Source of the DNA: an uncultured Candidatus Saccharibacteria bacterium
GTDB lineage: Bacteria > Patescibacteriota > Minisyncoccia > Phycocordibacterales > UBA918
Reading direction: 5' to 3'
DNA: 64,000 bases
Assembly: GCA_964570795.1 (NCBI GenBank)
Contig: CAZMYZ010000001.1
Location: 42,722 to 106,721 of the forward strand
A model generated the notes under the pieces. It worked only from the letters and a program-made list of their open reading frames with translations. It was not told the DNA's origin and made no database searches. The first letter of the stretch is position 1, and every line of letters begins with the position of its first letter. Both the position numbers and the translations under genes were made by a program. This document shows, one piece after another, positions 48,169 through 58,127 of this stretch.

Positions 48169-48672
48169 CTACTTCACCTGATGGTGGCTCTTTACCGTGA
48201 GGCGTGCACTGCGTCCCTTATCAAGTTTTGGCAGAATAATTTCGAGGAGACCATGCTTTTCACGCGCCTCTGCTTCGTCGATAACAATTTCCTCGGGGAG
48301 GACAATAGAGCGTGAGAATGAACCCCAAAAGAGTTCTCGATGATAGTAGTCCTCATCGGGTGCTTCTTGTACTTCTTCGCGAAGACCTTTTAGAGTCACC
48401 ATGTCGCGTGTGATAGAGATGTTGAGGTCTTCTGGACTCACACCTGCTACGAGGGCACGAATGACGACTGCATCGCGGGTCTGGTACATATCAATAGGAA
48501 GTTCACCATCTTGTTCTTCATCATCCTGTTGGCGCCACGTTTCTTGGTCAATAGTGTCGTCCTCAGGAACAGTGGCAGTTTCAAAATCTTGCACATCTCC
48601 AAACCCATCATCAGACGATGCGTCGAGTTTTATTGAGCCGGTAATGCGTTCGAGAAATGATGGTTTTTTCAT
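48169..48672 (-). CDS. Hsp20/alpha-crystallin small heat shock protein
   Basis: IDMYQT, ELFWGSFSRSIVLP, HGLLEIILPK. Confidence 0.9.
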   Translation of the reverse strand: MKKPSFLERITGSIKLDASSDDGFGDVQDFETATVPEDDTIDQETWRQQDDEEQDGELPIDMYQTRDAVVIRALVAGVSPEDLNISITRDMVTLKGLREEVQEAPDEDYYHRELFWGSFSRSIVLPEEIVIDEAEAREKHGLLEIILPKLDKGRSARLTVKSHHQVK

Positions 48673-49364
48673 AATATGCGACGATGCTGTTTTTCTAGTA
48701 ACTTCACTTTTTCAAAGAGAATAAAGAGGACGACGATACCCATCCAGACAAACATAAAAACGACGAGGACGGTGCCACCGCTTGCATCTATTATAGAGAA
48801 GTTGAAGAGTGCGTGCAATATAACAGCAACGAATAAGCCAAAGGTAGCCACGAGTACTTTTATCCAACTCTTGGCATAGTATGAAAGTGCCATTGCGACA
48901 CCTACGGTGCTTGATGCAAGGACATGAAGGAGTGTCGCTCCGAGGAAACGGAAGTTACCCGTGATGAAAGAATTAGCGACATCACCGTCTTGGAGTGGAT
49001 TGAAAATAAATAGCGCATTTTCGAGCGCAGAAAAGCCGAGTGCGATGGTGAGCATGTATATGATTGCATCGATAGGCTCATCGACAGCTTTGTTCCAAAG
49101 CACCACAATAAGCGCAGCAGAGTATTTGAGCACTTCTTCGATGATGACCCATACAAAAACAAGGTTATCACCTGTGAAGCGCTCCATCGCAAATTGCTGG
49201 AGGGGAAGTACAAGTGGCACAATGAGCATGCCGGCAATGAAGGATGTGGCAAGTAGTGCTTTTGGCTCAGGATGTGCTTTGTCCTCACGGAGCCAAAACC
49301 AAAGCCAAAAAAGTGCAGGAATAAGTCCTGCAAGAAAGGCAATAGCAAAGTTGAGCGAGTCCAT
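48669..49364 (-). CDS. prsW: PrsW family intramembrane metalloprotease
   Basis: IEEVLK, LGFSALEN, LLH, ILHALFN. Confidence 0.88.
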   Translation of the reverse strand: MDSLNFAIAFLAGLIPALFWLWFWLREDKAHPEPKALLATSFIAGMLIVPLVLPLQQFAMERFTGDNLVFVWVIIEEVLKYSAALIVVLWNKAVDEPIDAIIYMLTIALGFSALENALFIFNPLQDGDVANSFITGNFRFLGATLLHVLASSTVGVAMALSYYAKSWIKVLVATFGLFVAVILHALFNFSIIDASGGTVLVVFMFVWMGIVVLFILFEKVKLLEKQHRRIL

Positions 49365-49442
49365 TTAAATATTGTACCATTTTGGAAAAGGAAATCCCCA
49401 GGGAATGCCAATTCTTAGTTGAAAAACTAATATGCACAGGCA

Positions 49443-49618
49443 CCTTCCATTTTTCTTCCGGGGGGAAGAAAAATGGAAGGGCTCAGAAAATATAGTTCTT
49501 ACAGAACCTGTCCAATCATTGGGTCTTTTGTCTCATTTCACCTGCCTGCCGGCAGGTTCACAAAAGCCCTCAATGAGTCTTGCGAAGTGATATTAAATCA
49601 CTTCTCACACTAACGCTC
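49443..49618 (-). repeat. Structured repeat at the valS 3' end, homologous to 61702-61806
   Basis: About 105-nt shared module plus a 16-nt insertion cctgcctgccggcagg (49541-49556); hairpin 49443-49480 shares its tip with 25492-25527. Confidence 0.88.
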
Positions 49619-51865
49619 TTTATTTTCTGGCCAGGATGTGACCATAAGCATCTTTCGCTCGTTCCCCCGTACTTCCTCAGGAAGATTTTGCCAGATAGTC
49701 TCGGTGACGTATGGCATGAAAGGATGGAGTACTTTGATGGTGGTAATGAGACATTCGCGAAGCACATATTGGCGTGCAGCACGGGCACCAGCATCCTCGC
49801 CATTCAGAATCGGTTTTGACTCTTCAAGAATCACGTCGGCGAGCTCATGCCAGATATAATGATAGGTTTTCTCTGCAGCGAGGTAGAGATGATATTTTTC
49901 GATATCTGCAGTTATTTCTCTGACTGCGGTATGGAGTCCTGTGAGTATCTCGGTATCGCGCGGTGAGAGGGTGGGGGAGGTGCTGTAATCTGCATCAGCG
50001 ATATTGGTAAGGATGAAACGACTAATATTCCAAACTTTGTTTGCAAAGTGCTTGTATCCGCGTACTTTATCTTCGGCGAGTGGTACATCATTTCCAGGAG
50101 CGGCACCGATGATGAGTGAAAGACGTGTTGCGTCGGCGCCATACTTTTCAATCATATCGAGCGGATCCATCACATTCCCGAGAGACTTCGACATTTTCTT
50201 TCCCTTTGCATCGCGCACAAGGCCGTGGAGGTATACGTGTTTAAAGGGTACTTGCCCAAGGTGGAACGTGCTCATGAGCACCATACGTGCTACCCAGAAG
50301 AAAATAATGTCGTACCCTGTTTCAAGAAGGGTGGTGGGATGATACCGCTTCATATCGGCAGTCTCATTCGGCCAGCCGAGTGTCGAGAAGGTCCAAAGAC
50401 CAGAAGAGAACCAGGTGTCGAGTGTGTCGGGGTCCTGTTCCCAGTCTTCGCCTTCAGGGGCGGCTACATCACAGAAAACCTCATCACCCCTGTACCAAAC
50501 AGGAATACGATGCCCATACCATATCTGGCGAGAGATACACCAGTCGCGGAGGTTATTAATCCAGTTGTCGTATACTCGTTCGAAACGGTCGGGGAAAATA
50601 GTCACACCACCGCCAGTTACTGCAGTATGCATAAGGGTTTTAAGAGTGACGGTATCGCCTTCTTGTATGCCTGGTATTTCAGAATGTCCCATCGTGAATT
50701 CCTTATTCACATCAATCCACCATTGGAGTTTTGGAAGCGGCTCTATGATTGCACCAGTGCGCTCTGCGGTAGAGACATTTTGTGAAATAGCTTCTTCCTT
50801 CTGAAGGAGTCCTTCTTCGCGAAGGAAAGCGACGACAGTCTCGCGCGCTTCGCCGACTTTCATACCGCTGAGGCGGCCGTCCACGGTCATCTTTGCGTAC
50901 TCGTTGATTACCTGTGGGCGCGCGAGATTGTGACGGTCGGCAATCTCCCAGTCTACCTGGCTGTGTGCAGGAGTAACGCCGAGTGCACCCGTACCAAAGT
51001 CTTTTTCCACACTCTCATCTGCTACTACTTTGATATGGAGCGGCACATCACAAAAGACTACATCATATTCTTTTCCTATATATGCTTTGTACCGCTCATC
51101 ATCGGGATGTACGGCCACTGCAGTATCACCCACCTTTGTTTCGGGACGTGTGGTGGAAATAGGAATAGGGAAGTCCTTGCTATAGGTGAAGGTGTACATT
51201 GTCGCCGTGCGCTCTTCATAGATAATCTCATCATCTGAGATAGTGGTTTGCCCCTTGGGGTCCCAGTTTACAATACGTGCACCGCGATAAATAAGTCCTG
51301 CATCATACATGCGCTTAAATGCAGTAGTGACTGCATGGTACCGCGCTTCATCGAGGGTGAATGCGTAGCGACTCCAGTCGAGCGAGGAGCCCATATGCTT
51401 CGTTTGATTGATAATGGTATTTTTGCTTTCTTCAGCAAAGGCGTTTACACGGCGAAGCAGTTCGTCACGACCAAGGTCGTAGCGACTTTTGCCTTCTTCC
51501 TTGTATATTATTTTTTCCACCTTCGACTGCGTCGCAATTGCGGCAGAGTCAGTGCCCGGGAGCCAAAGTGTGGGCTTTCCAAGCATGCGGTTGTATCGCA
51601 CAAGAATGTCTTCAATAGCGAGCATTGCCGCATGTCCCATGTGAAGGGTACCGGTAACATTGGGAGGAGGGAGAACGATAGAAAAAGATTCCTTGGTTTC
51701 ATCAGCAATACCATCTTTGATACAGGTATCAGGATTGAAATAGCCTGAAGATTCCCACATTTCGTAGGTTTTTTCCTCATGCTCTTGTGCATTATAGGGT
51801 TGTAAAAAAATCTCGGGGATGTGTGGCACTGCGCTATTATTTTTTTGTAGTGTTTCTTCGCTCAT
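49610..51865 (-). CDS. valS: Valine--tRNA ligase
   Basis: PPPNVTGTLHMGH, DWCISRQIWYGHRIP, KMSKS. Confidence 0.96.
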   Translation of the reverse strand: MSEETLQKNNSAVPHIPEIFLQPYNAQEHEEKTYEMWESSGYFNPDTCIKDGIADETKESFSIVLPPPNVTGTLHMGHAAMLAIEDILVRYNRMLGKPTLWLPGTDSAAIATQSKVEKIIYKEEGKSRYDLGRDELLRRVNAFAEESKNTIINQTKHMGSSLDWSRYAFTLDEARYHAVTTAFKRMYDAGLIYRGARIVNWDPKGQTTISDDEIIYEERTATMYTFTYSKDFPIPISTTRPETKVGDTAVAVHPDDERYKAYIGKEYDVVFCDVPLHIKVVADESVEKDFGTGALGVTPAHSQVDWEIADRHNLARPQVINEYAKMTVDGRLSGMKVGEARETVVAFLREEGLLQKEEAISQNVSTAERTGAIIEPLPKLQWWIDVNKEFTMGHSEIPGIQEGDTVTLKTLMHTAVTGGGVTIFPDRFERVYDNWINNLRDWCISRQIWYGHRIPVWYRGDEVFCDVAAPEGEDWEQDPDTLDTWFSSGLWTFSTLGWPNETADMKRYHPTTLLETGYDIIFFWVARMVLMSTFHLGQVPFKHVYLHGLVRDAKGKKMSKSLGNVMDPLDMIEKYGADATRLSLIIGAAPGNDVPLAEDKVRGYKHFANKVWNISRFILTNIADADYSTSPTLSPRDTEILTGLHTAVREITADIEKYHLYLAAEKTYHYIWHELADVILEESKPILNGEDAGARAARQYVLRECLITTIKVLHPFMPYVTETIWQNLPEEVRGNERKMLMVTSWPENKER

Positions 51866-51958
51866 GATTAGGCGATAGTAGCATGAAAAAGAGCGCTCAT
51901 AAAGCGATTGTGGCATAACAAAAGGCCAGCAGTGCTGGCCTTGTAAGAGGTACCGGTT

Positions 51959-52414
51959 TTATTGGTACCAATCCTTTTCACGAGGAGTGCCCATCCCATA
52001 ATATTCGAGAAGTTGCACATTTGAATTGTTATGACTGAGTGGGCTTAATATAGCCCACGAGTCGTCGAATGTGTTGCATACCCCAGGAGGGAGATACTGT
52101 GCAGTTATTTTGAAAATGAACTCCGGGGGTACTTCTGGATATGGTGGGGGCACATAGAGCAAAACTCCAAAAAAATGCCTATAGCCAATTATGTCTGACT
52201 GAGGTTCGACGACAAAGTTGCATGCAATTTTGCAGAGTGAATCAAGTTCATCTGGCGTAAGTGTGCGTGCAAATTCTCGGTGTGTTGCCTTATAACATTT
52301 CGCCGAAAGATTTGCTCGAGCCAGGCTTACCACCTCGGGAGATATTTCTGAGTAAAGGCTTGTGAGCCATGCAAACATCTCTGCCGAGGAATATTTAGTA
52401 ATACTACTCGTCAT
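51959..52414 (-). CDS. Hypothetical protein
   Basis: 151 aa, AGGAG SD upstream. Confidence 0.55.
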   Translation of the reverse strand: MTSSITKYSSAEMFAWLTSLYSEISPEVVSLARANLSAKCYKATHREFARTLTPDELDSLCKIACNFVVEPQSDIIGYRHFFGVLLYVPPPYPEVPPEFIFKITAQYLPPGVCNTFDDSWAILSPLSHNNSNVQLLEYYGMGTPREKDWYQ

Positions 52415-52469
52415 GTCGTTCTCCTAGAACAGTTAAACTATTCAGACAATATCAGAGAATGATATTTTA

Positions 52470-53645
52470 TCAAGTTGAGGCAGTTTCAAGCGAAAGATTT
52501 CCGTCTGCTTTGAGGTCGGCGAGGGCGCTGTAGGTGCGCGCATTCGCCACTTGTGTATGTCCTGCAAGGGCAATCATGACACTGTTGTCGGTGGAGAGAT
52601 TTTGGGGAGGGAAGTAGAGCGTGAGGTCGGGGTATTCATTTTTAAAAAATGTAGTGAAGGTTTCGCGGATGTACGTGTTTGCAGATACACCGCCACCGAC
52701 GATGAGTGTATTGATATTATGCGCATCAATTGCTCGTCGCGCTTTCTTTAGGAGTACTTCAGTGACCGCATCTTCAAAGTCACGCGCTATAGCATCGATA
52801 TCATCAGTACCTAATTCTTTTCCTTCAATAGCATAGCGTACGGCTGTTTTGAGTCCTGAGAATGAGAAATCAAGATTGTCCGTATCTATCATCGGGCGCG
52901 GAAGTAGTGCGAACTCAGGGAGATTGTCCGTGCGCGCTCTGCGCGCACGGACACCAATCTCCGGCCCACCGGGATACTGGAGTCCCAGCATACGTGCAAC
53001 TTTATCAAATGCCTCGCCTACCGCATCATCACGCGTCTCACCAACTTTTTTGAATGAAAGCCATTCTTCCATGAGGACGAGTTCGGTGTGTCCACCCGAG
53101 ATAAGGAGTGCGAGTGCAGGGAAGGAAAGAGCAGGGATGCTATTCGTAGTGAAAATAGATGAGAGTACATGCCCCTCCATATGATTGATAGGTACGACGG
53201 GCACCTGCCACGCGTAGGAAAGTGCACGTGCAAAATTGATACCCACCCAGAGTGCAGGCTCAAGGCCGGGGCCACTCGTGACTGCGATAAGGTCTATTTT
53301 GGGGAGTGCGTATGACTGGAGGAACTCGATAAATGTGTCTCCAAGCCCTGGTTCACGGTAGAGAATGGTTTGGAGGGTCTCAGATTCCTCTGGGGTGAGA
53401 GTATGTGCTCGTGCTTCGAGAAGTCCTGCTTCCTCGAGTGCACGTACGAGCATCGGTACGAGCGTTTTCGCATGCTCACGCTTCGCAAGTGCAGGGAAGA
53501 CACCCCCGTACTCGCGATGCAAGTCTATTTGTGAAAAAAGCGCATTCCCGAGGATGCGGTACGTTGCATTAGGGAAATCACCTATTGCCTCCACGATGCT
53601 TATAGCGGTTTCATCACACGACGTTTCAATGCTGAGGATAATCAT
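52470..53645 (-). CDS. tsaD: tRNA N6-adenosine threonylcarbamoyltransferase
   Basis: IETSCDET, HMEGH, ISGGHTEL, DDAVGEAFDK, GGVSAN, TDNSVMI. Confidence 0.95.
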   Translation of the reverse strand: MIILSIETSCDETAISIVEAIGDFPNATYRILGNALFSQIDLHREYGGVFPALAKREHAKTLVPMLVRALEEAGLLEARAHTLTPEESETLQTILYREPGLGDTFIEFLQSYALPKIDLIAVTSGPGLEPALWVGINFARALSYAWQVPVVPINHMEGHVLSSIFTTNSIPALSFPALALLISGGHTELVLMEEWLSFKKVGETRDDAVGEAFDKVARMLGLQYPGGPEIGVRARRARTDNLPEFALLPRPMIDTDNLDFSFSGLKTAVRYAIEGKELGTDDIDAIARDFEDAVTEVLLKKARRAIDAHNINTLIVGGGVSANTYIRETFTTFFKNEYPDLTLYFPPQNLSTDNSVMIALAGHTQVANARTYSALADLKADGNLSLETAST

Positions 53646-53751
53646 GATGTGTACTCTACCGCACCTCTATGGGAATTACCATAGAAAACCCCCCGACTTT
53701 TCTTTGAAAAGGTGGGGGGATTCAATGTTATTCTCTAGGAAACTATATTTT

Positions 53752-54006
53752 TCAGAAGGCTTTAGGTAATATCAACAAATCAGCTATTCTATTGTAGTCG
53801 TCAATTTTTTGAAGATCTAAAAGTCTCTTCATTTCGGGTCTATACCTTGCTCTGATTTCTTCGAGAGTTTCTCTGTCTTCATCAGTTAATTCAAAATCTG
53901 GGTTAGATAATTTACTTTCAAGTTCTGTTAAAAAATTATTTTCGGATTTAATTCTTGTGAATAAATCATCTGCAATAATTTGTTCAAATTTATTTCCCAT
54001 TTCCAT
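53752..54006 (-). CDS. Hypothetical protein (AT-rich)
   Basis: 84 aa acidic, helical ORF. Confidence 0.5.
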   Translation of the reverse strand: MEMGNKFEQIIADDLFTRIKSENNFLTELESKLSNPDFELTDEDRETLEEIRARYRPEMKRLLDLQKIDDYNRIADLLILPKAF

Positions 54007-54049
54007 ATACTCTATATTCTAACATATTCACACTCATCTGAAATTTCTA

Positions 54050-54485
54050 CGCTGTGGCTCGCATCAGGGTCCGGAAGCAAAGCCTTTTGCTTGGTGGTGT
54101 CAGGTTACTAATTCGCTGCTCCAATAAACTGTTCGTGGTCACGAATCGCTAACTATATTTCTTCGCTACGCTCGAAATCCAGTAAGCGTTCTCGACCCCC
54201 GCCTCGCGGTTTTTCTTTCTGAGAAGAAAGAAAAACATCGCTGTGGCTCGCACTGAGGTACGCAGGCAAAGCAGTTTGCCTGCTAAACCAAAAAACAATC
54301 ATTCCTAAGAATGATTGTTTTTTGGTTTACCTCAGTGCGCGATACAGGACTTGAACATTACATGTTCCGTTCAGGTTGTATGACGATTTCTTCCGTTGGT
54401 CGAAATCGTCGACAACCTCTTCAAGTCCAGGGCGACTGTTTACTAAAAAAAGCCAGACACAAGGCCTGACTATTTTTAGTAAAAG
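54050..54485 (-). repeat. tRNA-Val 3' trailer element (multi-unit nested hairpins with a direct copy of the tRNA 3' end)
   Basis: agtgcgcgatacaggacttgaac repeated at about 54334 and 54484; cgctgtggctcgca repeated at 54050 and 54239; shared modules. Confidence 0.85.
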
Positions 54486-54558
54486 TGCGCGATACAGGAC
54501 TTGAACCTGTGACCCCCACAATGTCAATGTGATGCTCTACCAACTGAGCTAACCGCGC
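54486..54558 (-). tRNA. tRNA-Val(GAC)
   Basis: Cloverleaf; anticodon arm tcaca-tt-GAC-at-tgtgg. Confidence 0.95.
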
Positions 54559-54668
54559 AAGTGAATACCAAATATAGCAGAGTATGTAATTTTACGAAAG
54601 TCGATAGTATGTCGTGTGGTGAAAATTCTTGAGAGAATATTTTTTAACGATACTATATAATAAAATGT

Positions 54669-55523
54669 ATGAATGAAGGTATTCCAATAGCACACAATGA
54701 AAGTGAATCACCGGAGCATGCATTCTTTCGTGAGATTGCAACATTACCGAGCGAGATTGCTCATAAATGGCTAAATGAATATGAAGACATGGATGAGTCA
54801 ACATCGGCATTTTTTGATCGATTTCAGTCTTTTTTAAGGATGAGACATGAGGCACTTAATAAAACTGTTGAAATGGAGGATGGTTTAAGTGATGAGCTGC
54901 GTAAAGAAGTCAACAGTGTCACCGATATTATAAGGAATACCTTCGGTGATATGAATTATTTTTTAGGAAATGGGTATACAGCGGAGGTGTATGAATTTCC
55001 CATTGCTCCACATTTGTGTGTTAAATATATCCACAATCAGGATGCATATAATGAGAATAATCACTTAAGAGTAGAATATGGATTTTTGGAGGAATTACGT
55101 ACGTTTACACATGGCGGTGTTCGTACACCTGTTCCATATTTTATTCGTATTCATCCGAGCGAGGGACATTCATATGGGATGGAGCGAATAATTGGAAAGA
55201 GCCTTTCGCAAATTCTTGAAAAACCTGAAGAAAATTTAGAGTTGGTGCTTATGGTGAAAAATATGAATAGAAAAGATGTAGAGGATAGATTGATTGGATA
55301 TGTCTCGGCGATATATGAACAATTTCATATCACACATGGAGATTTGTTTTTACGAAATATTATGCTTGATGAGAGTGGGGAATTCCGTGTTATAGATTTC
55401 GGGAAAGCAAAATATGAAGAATTGGGAGAGGATAATGAACGGTTTGCACGGGAAGATAAGGGGACCCTTACCTCAGAAATACGCACTTTTTTCGCAAAGA
55501 TTGACAAATTAGAAACAGTCTGA
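54669..55523 (+). CDS. Protein kinase-like (RIO/Kdo/APH fold)
   Basis: LGNGYTAEVY, CVK, MERIIG, HGDLFLRN, IDFG. Confidence 0.8.
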   Translation: MNEGIPIAHNESESPEHAFFREIATLPSEIAHKWLNEYEDMDESTSAFFDRFQSFLRMRHEALNKTVEMEDGLSDELRKEVNSVTDIIRNTFGDMNYFLGNGYTAEVYEFPIAPHLCVKYIHNQDAYNENNHLRVEYGFLEELRTFTHGGVRTPVPYFIRIHPSEGHSYGMERIIGKSLSQILEKPEENLELVLMVKNMNRKDVEDRLIGYVSAIYEQFHITHGDLFLRNIMLDESGEFRVIDFGKAKYEELGEDNERFAREDKGTLTSEIRTFFAKIDKLETV

Positions 55524-55559
55524 CATAATCTAAATTAGTTCATAATTATCGAGAGAGAA

Positions 55560-55745
55560 ATGGAAATAGCCCAATACATCATTGATGAAGCAAAAGAGGT
55601 GCTCTTGGAACATATTACGCTGCCGAAGCAACTGCAATCAGCGCCGGAATTTTATTTGGCCAATGCGGAAGATGCTGCGGTAAAAGCGTTTTATGGTTTC
55701 AAAGGAGGTGATGGAAAAGAATACAAAATTGGCGTTCTAAACTAG
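55560..55745 (+). CDS. Small hypothetical protein
   Basis: 61 aa downstream of the kinase, followed by a terminator. Confidence 0.55.
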   Translation: MEIAQYIIDEAKEVLLEHITLPKQLQSAPEFYLANAEDAAVKAFYGFKGGDGKEYKIGVLN

Positions 55746-55848
55746 TACGCTTTAAACCACCCAAAACACGGGTGGTTTACTTTTTACATTTGCGTGTTAT
55801 GGTTATTTCAGTCTCTGAATTGGTCAGAGTGTTCCAAGGAGAAAGTAG

Positions 55849-56106
55849 ATGTACAAGCAAGGCTTTGCTGTTTCTGTGGGGCAAGACGTCGTTCCGTCGG
55901 TCGCGGGTCGCATCTCCAATATGCTCCAAAAGCGCGTCGAAGATGCGGTGAACTACCGGCCGCTTACGGAAGGTGAAACACGTGGTATCGAGGGTATGCC
56001 CAACCATCTCATTGGTGCAATGGGGCGTCACAACTACCGCGACCATGTCGCTTCGACCACGGTCGGCCGCCAGGTGATTTTTATTCACGAGGTGCCGCAA
56101 TCCTGA
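55849..56106 (+). CDS. Hypothetical protein
   Basis: AAGGAG SD, 85 aa. Confidence 0.5.
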   Translation: MYKQGFAVSVGQDVVPSVAGRISNMLQKRVEDAVNYRPLTEGETRGIEGMPNHLIGAMGRHNYRDHVASTTVGRQVIFIHEVPQS

Positions 56107-56196
56107 GTTCTTCAATATCCCAAATCCCGGTGGCATCACATGCTGCCGGTTTTTTATTGCAAGAAAAGCGCGTATACTACGTCAGAATATATACAT

Positions 56197-57981
56197 ATGC
56201 ATACTGAAACGAAAGAAAAAGAAATACAACCGGCACTGAGTCGGCCATTTGCTTTTATGCGACATGTCTCGAGTGCTCATTCTGTGTGGTTCTTTTCGGT
56301 ACTTGCAGTGGTTTTTGTGGCACAGCTCGCAGGAACGAGTATTCCATATATTTTCAAGATGTTTATTGATACGGCGGGTATAATTGGGCGCGGCGAAGCC
56401 GCGCCCACGAGTATCTGGTTTGTAGTGATTCTTTTCCCACTTACGACTGCGTTTACATTTATTGCCTGGCGCATGAGTGGCTTTATTGGTATGGAGTGGG
56501 CGAGTCGCTCGAATGCTACGGCATACAAGACACTTTTCGGATACCTTGCGCATCATAGTCATTCATACTTTGCAGACCGCTTTGCAGGCTCGCTCTCGAG
56601 GAAGATAAGTCATGCAAGTGAGGGTGTGCAGTCACTTTTTGAGGCATTTATGTGGAGTTATGTACCTTCGATTCTCTCACTTATTATCACGGTAGGATAT
56701 ATTTGGTCGTCGAGCGTTACTATTGCAGGTATTTTCATTGGACTCATTGTACTTCTCGTGCCGCTCAACATCATGCTTGCGCGTTTTCGCCGCCCGCACG
56801 TGGTGGAGTTTTCCGCACAGGCAACGAAAGCACGTGGCTACGCCGTGGATGCCATTTCCAATATGGCCGCTATCCGCCAGTACGTGCGTATGGATGAGGA
56901 GAAGCGTGCTTTTGAAGCACATATCGACGAGATGCGTCGTCTTAATGTGAAGCAGTGGCGCATTAGCGAATGGGGACTTTTACTCAATAATGCCATCATC
57001 GTACTTTTTGAGGCGGCAATGCTCTATGTGTCGGTACATCTCTGGATGAGTACGCGGCTCACCACGGGTGAACTTATCATGATTGCCACACTCATGATGA
57101 ATGTGCAGAGTACGCTCGTCTTCATTGGTATGAGTATGAATGGCTTTATACGCCGCTATGCAGAAATACAAGAGGGTCTCTCAGACATCATAGTCCCCCA
57201 CGAGATACTTGATACTGAAAGGGCGAAATCTCTCGTTGTGCGCGAGGGAGCGATAGTCTGTGATCATGTACATTTCTCATATGGGAACGAGCCAGTCTTT
57301 AAAGACTTCTCACTCGCGATACGCTCGGGCGAGCGGGTGGGACTCGTGGGTACCAGTGGTGCAGGCAAGACTACACTTGTTTCACTTCTCCTTCGTCAGC
57401 ATGAAGTGCAGGAAGGAAGTATTAGTATCGATGGCCAAAATATCAGCATGATTACTCAAGACTCGCTTCGCGACCATATTGCTATCGTGCCGCAAGAGCC
57501 TCTCCTCTTCCATCGCTCCATACGCGAAAACATCGCCTATGGAAAGCCCGAAGCCACACAGGAGGAAATAGAAAGTGCTGCCGGAAAGGCGCAGGCACAT
57601 TTCTTTATTGAGTCACTCAGTGAAGGGTATAATACGCTCGTCGGCGAGCGAGGGGTGAAACTCTCTGGTGGTCAAAAGCAGCGTATTGCAATTGCACGCG
57701 CAATTTTAAAAAATGCACCGATTCTTATTCTCGATGAGGCTACAAGTGCGCTCGACAGTGAGAGCGAAGTAGCAATTCAAAAGGCATTACAGGAACTCAT
57801 GAAAGGGAAGACGGTGATTGCTATTGCACACCGTCTCTCAACACTGCGCGAGATGGATAGAATTGTGGTGCTTGAGAATGGTGTAATTGTGGAAGATGGT
57901 AATCACGAGTCACTCGCAAATGCAGGAGGTATCTACGCGCGACTCTGGGAACATCAGGCAGGAGGGTTTCTCGAGGAATAA
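56197..57981 (+). CDS. ABC transporter, fused permease/ATPase (MsbA/Atm1-like exporter)
   Basis: 6 TM, GTSGAGKTT, LSGGQKQR, ILDEATSALD, AHRLST. Confidence 0.92.
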   Translation: MHTETKEKEIQPALSRPFAFMRHVSSAHSVWFFSVLAVVFVAQLAGTSIPYIFKMFIDTAGIIGRGEAAPTSIWFVVILFPLTTAFTFIAWRMSGFIGMEWASRSNATAYKTLFGYLAHHSHSYFADRFAGSLSRKISHASEGVQSLFEAFMWSYVPSILSLIITVGYIWSSSVTIAGIFIGLIVLLVPLNIMLARFRRPHVVEFSAQATKARGYAVDAISNMAAIRQYVRMDEEKRAFEAHIDEMRRLNVKQWRISEWGLLLNNAIIVLFEAAMLYVSVHLWMSTRLTTGELIMIATLMMNVQSTLVFIGMSMNGFIRRYAEIQEGLSDIIVPHEILDTERAKSLVVREGAIVCDHVHFSYGNEPVFKDFSLAIRSGERVGLVGTSGAGKTTLVSLLLRQHEVQEGSISIDGQNISMITQDSLRDHIAIVPQEPLLFHRSIRENIAYGKPEATQEEIESAAGKAQAHFFIESLSEGYNTLVGERGVKLSGGQKQRIAIARAILKNAPILILDEATSALDSESEVAIQKALQELMKGKTVIAIAHRLSTLREMDRIVVLENGVIVEDGNHESLANAGGIYARLWEHQAGGFLEE

Positions 57982-58127
57982 TCATTGGGGATAAAGAAAT
58001 AAAAGCCGGTGCACCCAAAGAGTGCACCGGCTTTTATCACACCAAACTTCATGTATTTGCCATATACCATTTTGTGTGCTATAAAATCAGCTGAAGTTCC
58101 CATACAACCAAAAACAGGAGTATTCAA

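Noticed and set aside
54334-54558. Prophage or integrative island at tRNA att sites
   Set aside because: The tRNA-end direct repeats are only about 150 nt apart and enclose no integrase or genes; the same holds at tRNA-Ser(GGA).
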